Shown here one piece after another: positions 40,255-48,125 of a stretch of DNA of 60,930 nucleotides. Each line of letters begins with the position of its first letter. Position 1 is the first letter of the stretch. The notes below the pieces were generated by a model. That model was given only the letters and a program-made list of their open reading frames with translations. It was not told the DNA's origin and did no database searches. A program made the position numbers and the translations under genes. Location of the stretch: positions 1-60,930 of the forward strand of contig DYGB01000004.1 of assembly GCA_020724905.1 (NCBI GenBank), given 5' to 3'. Origin of the DNA: Candidatus Paceibacter sp. Lineage in GTDB: Bacteria; Patescibacteriota; Minisyncoccia; UBA6257; JAGOQP01.

Positions 40255-40318
40255 ATATTCTCTATTGTATGAAGAATTACAGGAAATTCAAGATATGTAT
40301 ATGATATACTTTTACTGT

Positions 40319-41722
40319 ATGTCTGAGAAAAAATCATTTCCCATACCTCCTTCCATACGGAAACTCGTTGGCCCTAGTTTTATTATCCTTGCCTTAGGTC
40401 TTGGTTCTGGTGAAGTTATTCTCTGGCCCTATCTTGCTTCCAACTATGGACTTGGGATTGTGTGGGCAGCTATTGTGGGAATTACATTCCAATTCTTCAT
40501 TAACATGGAGATAGAACGCTATGCTCTTGTACGAGGAGAAAGCGTCTTTGTTGGTATCGCTCGATTTTTAAGATGGCCTTCATACTGGTTTATTCTTTCA
40601 ACATTTATTGGATTTGGTCTTCCTGGTATCATTGCTGCCTCTGCGCATGTATTTGGATCACTGGTTGGTATTGAAGATTTTCGATGGATTGCTGTTGGTA
40701 TGCTTGTTGTGATAGGGATTGTGTTAAGTGCAGGAAAGACTGTATATAGGCTCATGGAGCTTATTACTCGAACAGTTCTTCTTGTTGGTGTTCCCTTTAT
40801 CTTTATTCTCGCTCTTTTTATCAGCTCTCCTTCTGATTGGATTTCACTTGGAGAAGGGCTTATAGGACAAGGGAATGGATTTTCTTTCTTCCCTGAGGGT
40901 CTTGCTCTAGCTACATTTCTTGCTGCGTTTGCTTACTCAGGAGCTGGAGGAAACCTCAACCTTACCCAGTCTATTTATGTACGAGAGAAAGGATATGGCA
41001 TGGGAGCATACGCACAACGTATTGCAGGACTCTTTCATTCACAATCAGCTCTTCCGGTACGTCTTGAGGGAGAATCATGTCATGTTGATGAAGAAAATAT
41101 CTCTCGATTCAAACAGTGGTGGAGAAGCATGAATATAGAGCATGGGATTGTTTTTTGGTTGATTGGAAGTATCTCAATGCTTCTGTTAATGCTTCTTGCA
41201 TTTTCAACAACATCTGGATTTTCTGACAATGCTCAGGGAATACAGTTTGTTATCAATGAAGGTATGGCTATTGGAGGAATACTCTCCCCTCTTGTTGGTG
41301 TTATCTTTCTTGTTGCTGTTACCATTATGCTGTTTCAAACACAACTTGGGGTCATGGATTCAACGAGCAGAATTATGTCTGAAAATGTTGCAACAATACA
41401 GTTGCGGAAAAATCCTGAGAAAAAAATATACCTTTCTCGCATATATTCATATTTTGTCTGGGCACAGATTGCATTTGGATCACTCCTCTTTTTCCTTGGT
41501 ATGTATGAACCAAAACAGCTCCTTGTTCTTGGTGCTGTGATCAACGCTTTTGCTATGTGTGTTCATATCGCTCTGGTTTCATGGTTAAACAAAAAAGGCC
41601 TTGAAAAAGTATTTCAGCCTCGTTTGTGGAGAAAGGTAGTTATTGGAATTATCTTTCTGTTCTTTAGTGGATTTAGTATTGTTGTTCTTTTGGATGCCCT
41701 TGGTGTTGTTGTCTTTCTATAG
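40319..41722 (+). CDS. NRAMP-family divalent metal transporter-like protein
   Basis: GPSFI.LALGLGSGE....Y motif and about 11 TM segments. Start trimmed to the ATG at 40319. Confidence 0.8.
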   Translation: MSEKKSFPIPPSIRKLVGPSFIILALGLGSGEVILWPYLASNYGLGIVWAAIVGITFQFFINMEIERYALVRGESVFVGIARFLRWPSYWFILSTFIGFGLPGIIAASAHVFGSLVGIEDFRWIAVGMLVVIGIVLSAGKTVYRLMELITRTVLLVGVPFIFILALFISSPSDWISLGEGLIGQGNGFSFFPEGLALATFLAAFAYSGAGGNLNLTQSIYVREKGYGMGAYAQRIAGLFHSQSALPVRLEGESCHVDEENISRFKQWWRSMNIEHGIVFWLIGSISMLLLMLLAFSTTSGFSDNAQGIQFVINEGMAIGGILSPLVGVIFLVAVTIMLFQTQLGVMDSTSRIMSENVATIQLRKNPEKKIYLSRIYSYFVWAQIAFGSLLFFLGMYEPKQLLVLGAVINAFAMCVHIALVSWLNKKGLEKVFQPRLWRKVVIGIIFLFFSGFSIVVLLDALGVVVFL

Positions 41723-42232
41723 CTTCCTACTATCATACGCCCAGTGAAGAAGTGCTTGTCTCTGTTTTCTTCTGCACCCCTCATCTCCTTTACTACAATT
41801 CTTCTGTATTTGAGCTACGTGTCTTTTTATTGCTTTCCATCTCTTTATTTGTCTCTGGTCATCCTCATGTCGTCTTCCTTGAAAGTAACGACAATACCAT
41901 TGAAACCATCCTCGTGGGTCATCAGGGTGTATCCATCCTTTCTCTTGCCATACAGCAAGGGGTTGAGATGCATCAACACCAAAATAATTGATGGATATGT
42001 CTTTTTTCTCAGGAGAAAGCTTTGCCTGGGAAAACCAATCCTTTGGAAATTCTTTTCTACAATCTGTCATATATTTTCCCCCAAATACTCCAAGTGCAAG
42101 CATTTCTTGTGGAGTGAGATCTGGGGTAAAGTCAGGATAAAAGTTTTTCCCAGGAGGTTCTGTGCATATATATGTATACCCCTGTTGCATACGATCATGC
42201 ACCACTATTTTTTTCTTGCTCTTTGGCGTCAT
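41717..42232 (-). CDS. conserved-looking hypothetical cytosolic protein (171 aa)
   Basis: Trp/Arg-rich motif DPRGWFQWYCRYFQGRR. Family not recognised. Confidence 0.55.
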   Translation of the reverse strand: MTPKSKKKIVVHDRMQQGYTYICTEPPGKNFYPDFTPDLTPQEMLALGVFGGKYMTDCRKEFPKDWFSQAKLSPEKKDISINYFGVDASQPLAVWQEKGWIHPDDPRGWFQWYCRYFQGRRHEDDQRQIKRWKAIKRHVAQIQKNCSKGDEGCRRKQRQALLHWAYDSRKL

Positions 42233-42275
42233 ATTACAGAATAGTATACACCTTTTTTCTATGTACTACCCCCTA

Positions 42276-42857
42276 TTAAGAAGTAAATTGAAGGGAATTA
42301 AGTATCGTAGTAACTATCTCTTGATATCCTCTCTGATGAGGATCAGTTATGCTATATGATATTTGATATCCCACCCCTTCTTGAGGAAGGGTAATGTATG
42401 TGGTAACAAGGTTCCCTAGCTCAGAAGGACGTGTGTACATAAACGCCTCATACGAAAGACCAATTGTTGTTTCTTGAAGAGACTCCTCTCCTTCCAACAT
42501 GTCTGCTTCAAGAACACTCTGTGCGTACATATCAAGTGAAGTATATTCCTGTGCGTTAAGATCCTTTCTAAAGGTAACGGTAAATCCATCTGTTATCTCT
42601 GTATATGGTTCATTATCTGGCCCTAAGAAGGTCATCTTTACAATATTTTCCCTTTCAGGTTGTATTGATGCTCCAAGAGGACTCCATACTGTTATTCCCA
42701 ACTCTTCATTGTGATATACCTCAAATCCTTCTTCTACAGAAGAAGGTGAGCTACTTGGTGAAGGATCAGGTGTTTGTGGTGAGAATATATCTCCTCCCCA
42801 AAGAAGGATGACTCCCACAAGAATGACGAAAAAAATGACTCCTATACTAGTTTTCAT
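42276..42857 (-). CDS. N-terminally anchored secreted hypothetical protein (193 aa)
   Basis: Signal anchor followed by a Pro/Ser linker. Confidence 0.55.
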   Translation of the reverse strand: MKTSIGVIFFVILVGVILLWGGDIFSPQTPDPSPSSSPSSVEEGFEVYHNEELGITVWSPLGASIQPERENIVKMTFLGPDNEPYTEITDGFTVTFRKDLNAQEYTSLDMYAQSVLEADMLEGEESLQETTIGLSYEAFMYTRPSELGNLVTTYITLPQEGVGYQISYSITDPHQRGYQEIVTTILNSLQFTS

Positions 42858-42944
42858 ATCGTAAAAGTGGGTTAGTTATATACATAAGGATATCATAAAA
42901 GGTCTTGTATATAAAAAAGGAGCCTTTGATGAGCTCCTTGTCTT

Positions 42945-43166
42945 TTATGCATCTTTATATGCACATTCATTGCTACAATAAAGAGCAACATGATCTGGAG
43001 AAAGTGGTTTATTACATTTGTCATATTCACATCTTCTCCCTTTAGGGTGATTTTTAGGTGTGTGCCATCCTTTGTTTTGACATGTATCACATCCGTGTCC
43101 ACCACAGTCGTTACATTGAACTGAGTCTTGTGGATAATTTTTGTCAGCAGGTATATTCATATTCAT
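42945..43166 (-). CDS. small Cys-rich zinc-finger protein (DnaJ-type CxxCxGxG plus second Cys cluster)
   Basis: The ORF-track TTG start (43229) is actually the -35 box. Real start is the ATG at 43166 or 43160, after SD GGAGAGAGG. Motifs are CNDCGGHGCDTC and C...C...C..EC. Confidence 0.55.
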   Translation of the reverse strand: MNMNIPADKNYPQDSVQCNDCGGHGCDTCQNKGWHTPKNHPKGRRCEYDKCNKPLSPDHVALYCSNECAYKDA

Positions 43167-43223
43167 AGCCTCTCTCCTTTTATTATGAGTACTGTTTATA
43201 GTGATAGTGTATATATCATCTTT

Positions 43224-43259
43224 AGTCAATACTAATGTTATGGTTCCAAGGTCTTGAAC
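43224..43259 (-). repeat. promoter-plus-upstream module, subfamily 2 (partner at 60865-60901)
   Basis: The + strand reads agtcaatactaatgttatggttccaaggtcttgaac, against agtcaatattagtgttatggttcaataccttggaacc at 60865. The first 22 nt match at 20 positions. Confidence 0.6.
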
Positions 43260-43286
43260 TTATTACATCCCTGAATGTTTTGTGTA

Positions 43287-43315
43287 TAAAAAGACCGCTA
43301 CATAACAGCGGTCTT
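43287..43315 (-). terminator. rho-independent terminator
   Basis: Stem AAGACCGCT/AGCGGTCTT overlapping the stop of 43298..43945, followed by a T-run on the minus strand. Confidence 0.7.
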
Positions 43316-43945
43316 AACTTTATACTTATAATACAGAAATAGTATTATCCCTAATATTACAATCGAAGCTGGGTTGAATACAATAAATATCCAATTTTCA
43401 ATCACAACTCCATAAATAAACCAAAAGACTGAAGCAAGCATGAACACGATAATAAATCGTGGCTCAACAGCTCCAGCAGATTTTTCTTTGTACATCTCTC
43501 TTATTTGTCCAATAAGAGGGAAACCAAGTCCAAATAATCCACAAAGAACAAACATATCCCGTACTGATCCCTGAAGGATATATACCAACGGAATCATTAA
43601 GGAAAAGATTACAAGCGTTATCCAGTTTGTCTTTGTAAAACCCTTGTACTCATGAAGTGCAAGGATGATTGGAATATATGGAATACCCAGAAGACCATTT
43701 ACCATCATTCCCATACTTTGATTCAATACTCCATATACGAAGAAAGAGAAGAAGTAACACCCAGAATAAATAAACAATGTTACCGACAATGACTTGCCTG
43801 ACTTCTTTCTCCTTATGGTACCATTCTGTTTTAACAGTGACCATCCTTGAAGTAAAGAAAAGAATGCAGTTCCCAGGAAGCTGAATGTTACCATATTCAA
43901 TCCCCAGTTCTGATATTCAATGGTATGTTTTATAAACTCTTCCAA
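43298..43945 (-). CDS. multi-pass membrane protein (7 TM, PQ-loop-like?)
   Basis: 215 aa. The family call is tentative. Confidence 0.5.
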   Translation of the reverse strand: MEEFIKHTIEYQNWGLNMVTFSFLGTAFFSLLQGWSLLKQNGTIRRKKSGKSLSVTLFIYSGCYFFSFFVYGVLNQSMGMMVNGLLGIPYIPIILALHEYKGFTKTNWITLVIFSLMIPLVYILQGSVRDMFVLCGLFGLGFPLIGQIREMYKEKSAGAVEPRFIIVFMLASVFWFIYGVVIENWIFIVFNPASIVILGIILFLYYKYKVKTAVM

Positions 43946-43991
43946 TGAATACCTCCTTTTATTAATTTGTTAAAAAAACTATCTTGTTTTT

Positions 43992-44020
43992 ATATTAGCA
44001 TAATTTGAGTATTCCGTCAA
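43992..44020 (-). promoter_or_regulatory. sigma70-type promoter (extended -10)
   Basis: Minus strand reads TTGACG-17 nt-TAATAT with TGC immediately upstream of the -10. Confidence 0.5.
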
Positions 44021-44052
44021 TATTAACGTCTTAGTTGCCGGATGATACTGAG

Positions 44053-44084
44053 AAAAAAGAAAAGCCCAGAATTACTCCTGGGCT
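44053..44084 (-). terminator. rho-independent terminator
   Basis: Stem AGCCCAG/CTGGGCT followed by a T-run on the minus strand. Confidence 0.7.
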
Positions 44085-44096
44085 CTAGATAACAAC

Positions 44097-44507
44097 TTAT
44101 TGCATTATGTACCCTTTTCTACTTTTAGTTGAGAAGTGTACCTTTATCACAATTAAATCTTTTTGAAATTCTTGTAAAAGATATTTTTCTTCTGCAAGTT
44201 TTCTAAAGAGTTCAAAACTAACTTTCTTCCTTATAACCCCACTAACTTTCTTACTGATAACCCCACCTTCTTCCTGTTTGTGGTGAAGAAAATAGGAAGG
44301 TTCAATGCACTTTTTGTTTATCCATAAAGTGATGATCCATGATTGATCACTTAGTGCTTCTATGGAATTGATTTTTACTGCAACATATCTTTCCCTATCA
44401 TCTTTCTTAATAAGGAAGGGAACTAATCTTTTTTCCCCAAATAATCGCAGTCCATCAAAAAGTTCTTCCCTTGAAGGACCGTTTAAAATTTCAATATTAG
44501 TTGTCAT
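44097..44507 (-). CDS. hypothetical protein (136 aa)
   Basis: Start set at the ATG at 44507 (MTTNIEIL...), 9 nt after SD GGAGA. Confidence 0.5.
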   Translation of the reverse strand: MTTNIEILNGPSREELFDGLRLFGEKRLVPFLIKKDDRERYVAVKINSIEALSDQSWIITLWINKKCIEPSYFLHHKQEEGGVISKKVSGVIRKKVSFELFRKLAEEKYLLQEFQKDLIVIKVHFSTKSRKGYIMQ

Positions 44508-44694
44508 CGTACGATGTCTCCTATTTTTAAAGAACATCTAACTTCACGTCACGTCAGGGGTTAGATCTTACCCTGGAGCCATAAGGCAATCTTTCTATAC
44601 AGAAAGAACTACATATATAATATCATATATATAGTTCTAAGTCAAGTATTTGTTACAATTCAATACTTTGAAAGAATACCGTATCAGTATTTTA

Positions 44695-45186
44695 TTAATT
44701 AGACTCTAGCTTATCTACTAAAAGCTTTTCTTTTATCTTCTCAGCTTTTTCTTTCCTACCCATTTTTATATATGCTTCATATTCATCATGTAGACTAAGG
44801 ACGGGTATTTTAATACCATCTATATCTAGTATATTTTTTTGAACCGGCTCTTTTGTTTTACTCCATTCATTGTCTGTTGAATGAAAAGATAACAGATCTC
44901 CCATAACCTCTATCTGAATTCCATCGATAAGAAACTTCCCATAATATGACTTGAAATATTCTGTTTCTTTAAAGTGAACTTTTTCTACTTCATAGTTTTT
45001 AAGAATGTCTCCAATTGCAATTGCTCCACGTTCATCAGTTAGCAAATCTATATCATGTGCATCAACGTCAACTCCTTGTAGCGCTAGATTTAAGCTTCCT
45101 ATAAGCACCCAGTGTATCCCATGGTCTTTGAGTAAAAGTGCTATTTTTTTAATTACATTACTATGTGTTTGTGAAACCATGTACAC
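44695..45186 (-). CDS. pol-beta-fold nucleotidyltransferase domain protein
   Basis: hGS-x13-DIDLL motif (LIGSLNLALQGVDVDAHDIDLL). Size and layout are reminiscent of small antibiotic/MNT-type nucleotidyltransferases. Confidence 0.6.
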   Translation of the reverse strand: MYMVSQTHSNVIKKIALLLKDHGIHWVLIGSLNLALQGVDVDAHDIDLLTDERGAIAIGDILKNYEVEKVHFKETEYFKSYYGKFLIDGIQIEVMGDLLSFHSTDNEWSKTKEPVQKNILDIDGIKIPVLSLHDEYEAYIKMGRKEKAEKIKEKLLVDKLESN

Positions 45187-45206
45187 AATTTTTATTAAAA
45201 GAGAAT

Positions 45207-45893
45207 CTATTGAATCTCACTTCCTCCCCACTCTACGACAGTAAATCCTTTTCTTTTAAAGGAAGAAATATGTTGTGGTTCAATAGATATATAATTATCC
45301 AATGGTTTAAATACCATAAAGACCCTAAGAAGTGAGTCTGGTGAAGGGGTAATTGTAAGAGGTGCTGTTTGAGCATATTCCTCCCCTGCAAAATGTATTA
45401 GATTGTATGAATTATCTTTCATACGAGGATACCAATAGACAATAAACTCATTGTATTCATGTGGAGTAAGCCCTATATCAGAAAGTGTGTCTTGTAAGAA
45501 TTCTCGTGTATCACTCCCCTTTACAACAAATCCAGTTGAAAGATCCCATTCTACAGGTTCCCAAGGGACTCCCTCCCAGAAGAGATAGCTGTATTCCTTC
45601 CCATCGGCATGGTTTGTTAATCTCCCATTAGGGTATGCTGTAATATTCCATCCCTGAGAAATTGGATCTATGGCTGGATAGGAGGCAATAATATCTCCTT
45701 TGTATGCCAATTGGACTGATATGTCTTGTTTTTCTATTGGATAGAAGTAGATGACTGGCTTTTCAATAAAAATATCACCTCTACTTGGATCAAAGTAACT
45801 ATCTTGTGTCTCTGTGAGCGCTAGTACCGCAAAAACACTAGCGACTATAGCAATGAGAATAAGAACTATTCCAATAATAATATTCCTTTTCAT
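45207..45893 (-). CDS. N-terminally anchored secreted hypothetical protein (228 aa)
   Basis: Signal anchor. TTGATA-16-TATAAA promoter with a very short leader. Confidence 0.55.
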   Translation of the reverse strand: MKRNIIIGIVLILIAIVASVFAVLALTETQDSYFDPSRGDIFIEKPVIYFYPIEKQDISVQLAYKGDIIASYPAIDPISQGWNITAYPNGRLTNHADGKEYSYLFWEGVPWEPVEWDLSTGFVVKGSDTREFLQDTLSDIGLTPHEYNEFIVYWYPRMKDNSYNLIHFAGEEYAQTAPLTITPSPDSLLRVFMVFKPLDNYISIEPQHISSFKRKGFTVVEWGGSEIQ

Positions 45894-45980
45894 ATTTTTT
45901 ACTTTTTATAGTATATACCCTTATTGTATCAATAAATTACTCTAGATGCATTTACTATCAGATAAGATTGGTTAGGAGAT

Positions 45981-46009
45981 AAAATAAAACCCCCAAAAGT
46001 CTGGGGGTT
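45981..46009 (-). terminator. rho-independent terminator
   Basis: Stem ACCCCCA/TGGGGGT followed by a T-run on the minus strand. Confidence 0.7.
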
Positions 46010-46024
46010 TAGAACTAAATCAAA

Positions 46025-46408
46025 TTATTTCACTAATGTTATATACATCTTCAAACATTGCAATGATGATTGCTCGCCTTCTCCAATCTGCTTTAGCTCA
46101 CAGATCACCGTAACTTCCTTTCCGTCAAGAAGATGTAATAACCCTTTATTCATATTCTTTAATTCTTTTCCTAAGAATACAAACTCTGTACTGGAAGTTA
46201 TTGTTCCAAATACATACCCATACATTCCTTTTCCTTCATTAACACTATGCATTATGGAAAATGAAGGAAGTTCTTTTTGAGACTCATTGTCCCACCTATA
46301 CTCAAAAGCAAATACCCCTTTATCTCCTGTTGTGTATTGCTGTGCACATACTACAGAAGAAAGGATGAAGAAGATAGAAATAAAAATGATTGATTTGATT
46401 GATTTCAT
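46025..46408 (-). CDS. secreted small protein with signal peptide (127 aa)
   Basis: N-terminus MKSIKSIIFISIFFILSSVVCAQQ. Confidence 0.55.
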   Translation of the reverse strand: MKSIKSIIFISIFFILSSVVCAQQYTTGDKGVFAFEYRWDNESQKELPSFSIMHSVNEGKGMYGYVFGTITSSTEFVFLGKELKNMNKGLLHLLDGKEVTVICELKQIGEGEQSSLQCLKMYITLVK

Positions 46409-46450
46409 TGGTCTTACCTTTATTTTGTTGTAAAAAAACTGTGTGTTTGT

Positions 46451-46479
46451 ACTATAGCATAATTATAGTGATAAGTCAA
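46451..46479 (-). promoter_or_regulatory. sigma70-type promoter (extended -10)
   Basis: Minus strand reads TTGACT-17 nt-TATAGT, preceded by TGC. Confidence 0.65.
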
Positions 46480-46517
46480 TATTACACCCTAACAACCCTG
46501 CGGTATAGGGCATAAAA

Positions 46518-46552
46518 TGAATAAGCCTCATTATACTATTTGTAATGAGGCT
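46518..46552 (-). terminator. rho-independent terminator
   Basis: Stem AGCCTCATTA/TAATGAGGCT. The T-rich tract is slightly displaced. Confidence 0.6.
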
Positions 46553-46559
46553 CGTTATT

Positions 46560-46784
46560 TTAAAATTTGAGAAAATCAAATGGTGCAAGAATAAAAGTAC
46601 TTATGTATCCACTGATATATTCTATCGCCCTAAAAGCAACTCCCAAGAGCGGATACATTATCAAAATAAAAAACATGTTCCCGACAAAATTTATCGGCTC
46701 TCCTTTTGTATTTGATAAATAACTCTTCCCAAGAAATGCTAGGAAGATCAATACTGCGTAAACAACTATCGATGCAGTTTCCAT
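46560..46784 (-). CDS. small membrane protein (74 aa)
   Basis: Start set at the ATG at 46784 after SD AGGAGA. Two or three hydrophobic helices. Confidence 0.5.
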   Translation of the reverse strand: METASIVVYAVLIFLAFLGKSYLSNTKGEPINFVGNMFFILIMYPLLGVAFRAIEYISGYISTFILAPFDFLKF

Positions 46785-46823
46785 TTTTTCTCCTGCCAAA
46801 TTGTTAAAAATTATTCTATTTAC

Positions 46824-46852
46824 ACTATAGCATAATTATAGTATTTAGTCAA
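46824..46852 (-). promoter_or_regulatory. sigma70-type promoter (extended -10)
   Basis: Minus strand reads TTGACT-17 nt-TATAGT, preceded by TGC. Confidence 0.65.
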
Positions 46853-46900
46853 TATTAGTGCTCTGGTTGTTGGACGAAGTTGAAAAAAAGTAAAATAAAA
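46844..46900 (-). repeat. 57-nt intergenic repeat containing a decayed tRNA-Asn 3'-end copy (copy C)
   Basis: tttagtcaatattagtgctctggttgttggacgaagttgaaaaaaagtaaaataaaa. About 90 percent identical by hand alignment to 48041-48098. Positions 46858-46882 align with the tRNA-Asn 3' end at 49513-49537. Confidence 0.8.
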
Positions 46901-46917
46901 AAGCCCACAAGTGGGCT
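46896..46917 (-). terminator. rho-independent terminator
   Basis: Stem GCCCA/TGGGC with loop CAAG, followed by a T-run on the minus strand. Confidence 0.65.
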
Positions 46918-46936
46918 TTTGCTCTACCCTGTGGGC

Positions 46937-47137
46937 CTAATTTTTGTACATTCTAATAGCCTTTTCTATTACTTCTTCTAGTCCTCTAGGAGGATCACAC
47001 TGGGTTTGAAAGATACTTTGTTCAGTTTCCAAGTCTACAATAGCTACCACTACCGAATATCTTGGTAGTATTTGTAACTCGTCAGTTCTGAAGTCATAGA
47101 TTTCAGTGTCATTGTTGTAAAAGAATATTGCTTTCAT
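46937..47137 (-). CDS. small hypothetical protein (66 aa)
   Basis: Good RBS (AAAGGAGTTAAAA-ATG). Nearest recognisable promoter is about 220 nt upstream. Confidence 0.5.
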   Translation of the reverse strand: MKAIFFYNNDTEIYDFRTDELQILPRYSVVVAIVDLETEQSIFQTQCDPPRGLEEVIEKAIRMYKN

Positions 47138-47176
47138 TTTTAACTCCTTTAAAAAATTATTTTAATTTAAATTAAT

Positions 47177-47336
47177 TTAGTTTTGCTCACCTTAACCTAG
47201 GGAGCGATGTCTCAAATATAAGACTTCGGTCCTTTCTAAACAAGGATATCGCAAGATAAGGAGTTTTCGATATAAGTGGTTAGCTCTCAAAAGCTACAGT
47301 GTTATTATAACCTTTGAGAGCTAACCAATCTTTTTT
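47177..47336 (+). ncRNA. candidate structured RNA of unknown class (strand uncertain)
   Basis: 332-nt ORF-free gap. The + strand shows a C(UUCG)G hairpin (47222-47231), TATC-GCAA-GATA (47247-47258), mutually exclusive stems using GATATCG, and a 14-bp stem (47278-47291/47313-47326) followed by AATC and T6. Confidence 0.35.
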
Positions 47337-47362
47337 AAAAGAACAATTAATACTACTTTACT

Positions 47363-47392
47363 ATTATATCACAGATATATATCATTTGTCAA
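47363..47392 (-). promoter_or_regulatory. sigma70-type promoter
   Basis: Minus strand reads TTGACA-18 nt-TATAAT. Confidence 0.55.
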
Positions 47393-47429
47393 GTACCTTA
47401 ATTATTTTATAGGACTGAAAAAGAAGTAA

Positions 47430-47463
47430 AATAAAAACCCTTCCTGTAAAAACAAAAAGGGTT
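47430..47463 (-). terminator. rho-independent terminator
   Basis: Stem AACCCTT/AAGGGTT followed by a T-run on the minus strand. Flanked by the gaaaaagaagtaaaataaaaa segment shared with the 46.9 and 48.1 kb repeats. Confidence 0.6.
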
Positions 47464-47469
47464 TAATAC

Positions 47470-47976
47470 TTACTTGTAAGCCATTTTTTTAATGAGTTCC
47501 GGCGCTTTTCTCTTTAACTCTTCTTTTTTTACAAAGACAGGAAACGACCCAGGCCAATCCATCTTGCTAATCGGATTCCCATATATATCATAGGCCGTTC
47601 TCCCCCTTCGTTTTGTTTCCCATCCAATACTATAAAAACCTTCCTCATCAGAGTTAGTTACAAAAACTTCATTACTCAGGCACTCCGGATGATAATTCTT
47701 TCTAAACATCCTTCTTGTTATCGTTTTTGCTATGCCTATTCCAACTAATGAAGGGCCAACTGACAGACACCAGAGGATACCAACTAAATCGTGTAAATTG
47801 GGTGCGTTAACAGCATATTGTAATAACCCCATTAATCCAAATATTCCCAAAAGTATCCAATGAACTATAAGCATACTTCTATTCTGTCTTCCCACAAATT
47901 CTATCATTATATGTGCAGAAATAATGATCACAGGAAGAAGTGCGTAGATAAGGATAATTGACTCTAAAGAACTCAT
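47470..47976 (-). CDS. 3-TM membrane protein with soluble C-terminal domain (168 aa)
   Basis: Start set at the ATG at 47976 after SD GGAGGA. Confidence 0.55.
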   Translation of the reverse strand: MSSLESIILIYALLPVIIISAHIMIEFVGRQNRSMLIVHWILLGIFGLMGLLQYAVNAPNLHDLVGILWCLSVGPSLVGIGIAKTITRRMFRKNYHPECLSNEVFVTNSDEEGFYSIGWETKRRGRTAYDIYGNPISKMDWPGSFPVFVKKEELKRKAPELIKKMAYK

Positions 47977-48020
47977 TTGATCCTCCAACTATTTTGTTAT
48001 AAAAAAACTATGTTATATAT

Positions 48021-48049
48021 TAAATAGCATAGTTTTAATATTTAGTCAA
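48021..48049 (-). promoter_or_regulatory. sigma70-type promoter (extended -10)
   Basis: Minus strand reads TTGACT-17 nt-TATTTA, preceded by TGC. Confidence 0.55.
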
Positions 48050-48098
48050 TATTAGTGCCCTGGTTGTTGGACGAAGTTGGAAAAGAAATAAAATAAAA
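48041..48098 (-). repeat. 58-nt intergenic repeat containing a decayed tRNA-Asn 3'-end copy (copy B)
   Basis: tttagtcaatattagtgccctggttgttggacgaagttggaaaagaaataaaataaaa. Positions 48055-48079 align with the tRNA-Asn 3' end. Confidence 0.8.
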
Positions 48099-48119
48099 GG
48101 CCGCTTGAATAAGCGGCCT
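48092..48119 (-). terminator. rho-independent terminator
   Basis: Stem AGGCCGCTT/AAGCGGCCT with loop GAAT, followed by a T-rich tract on the minus strand. Confidence 0.75.
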
Positions 48120-48125
48120 GTAAAA

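Noticed and set aside
44097-45186. MNT/HEPN-type toxin-antitoxin pair (nucleotidyltransferase plus neighbouring 136-aa protein)
   Set aside because: The two genes are 187 nt apart, each with its own promoter and terminator. The partner shows no Rx4-6H HEPN motif.
46474-46500. Copy D (agtcaatattacaccctaacaaccctgcgg) as another tRNA-Asn 3'-end remnant
   Set aside because: Beyond the promoter, the only similarity is an inverted ggttgtt-like heptamer. It is kept as a promoter only.
47283-47300. Resemblance of gctctcaaaagctaca to the tRNA-Asn D-arm region (gctctaccattgagctaca)
   Set aside because: Only two short blocks match, with different spacing. This is too weak to call a tRNA 5'-half remnant.
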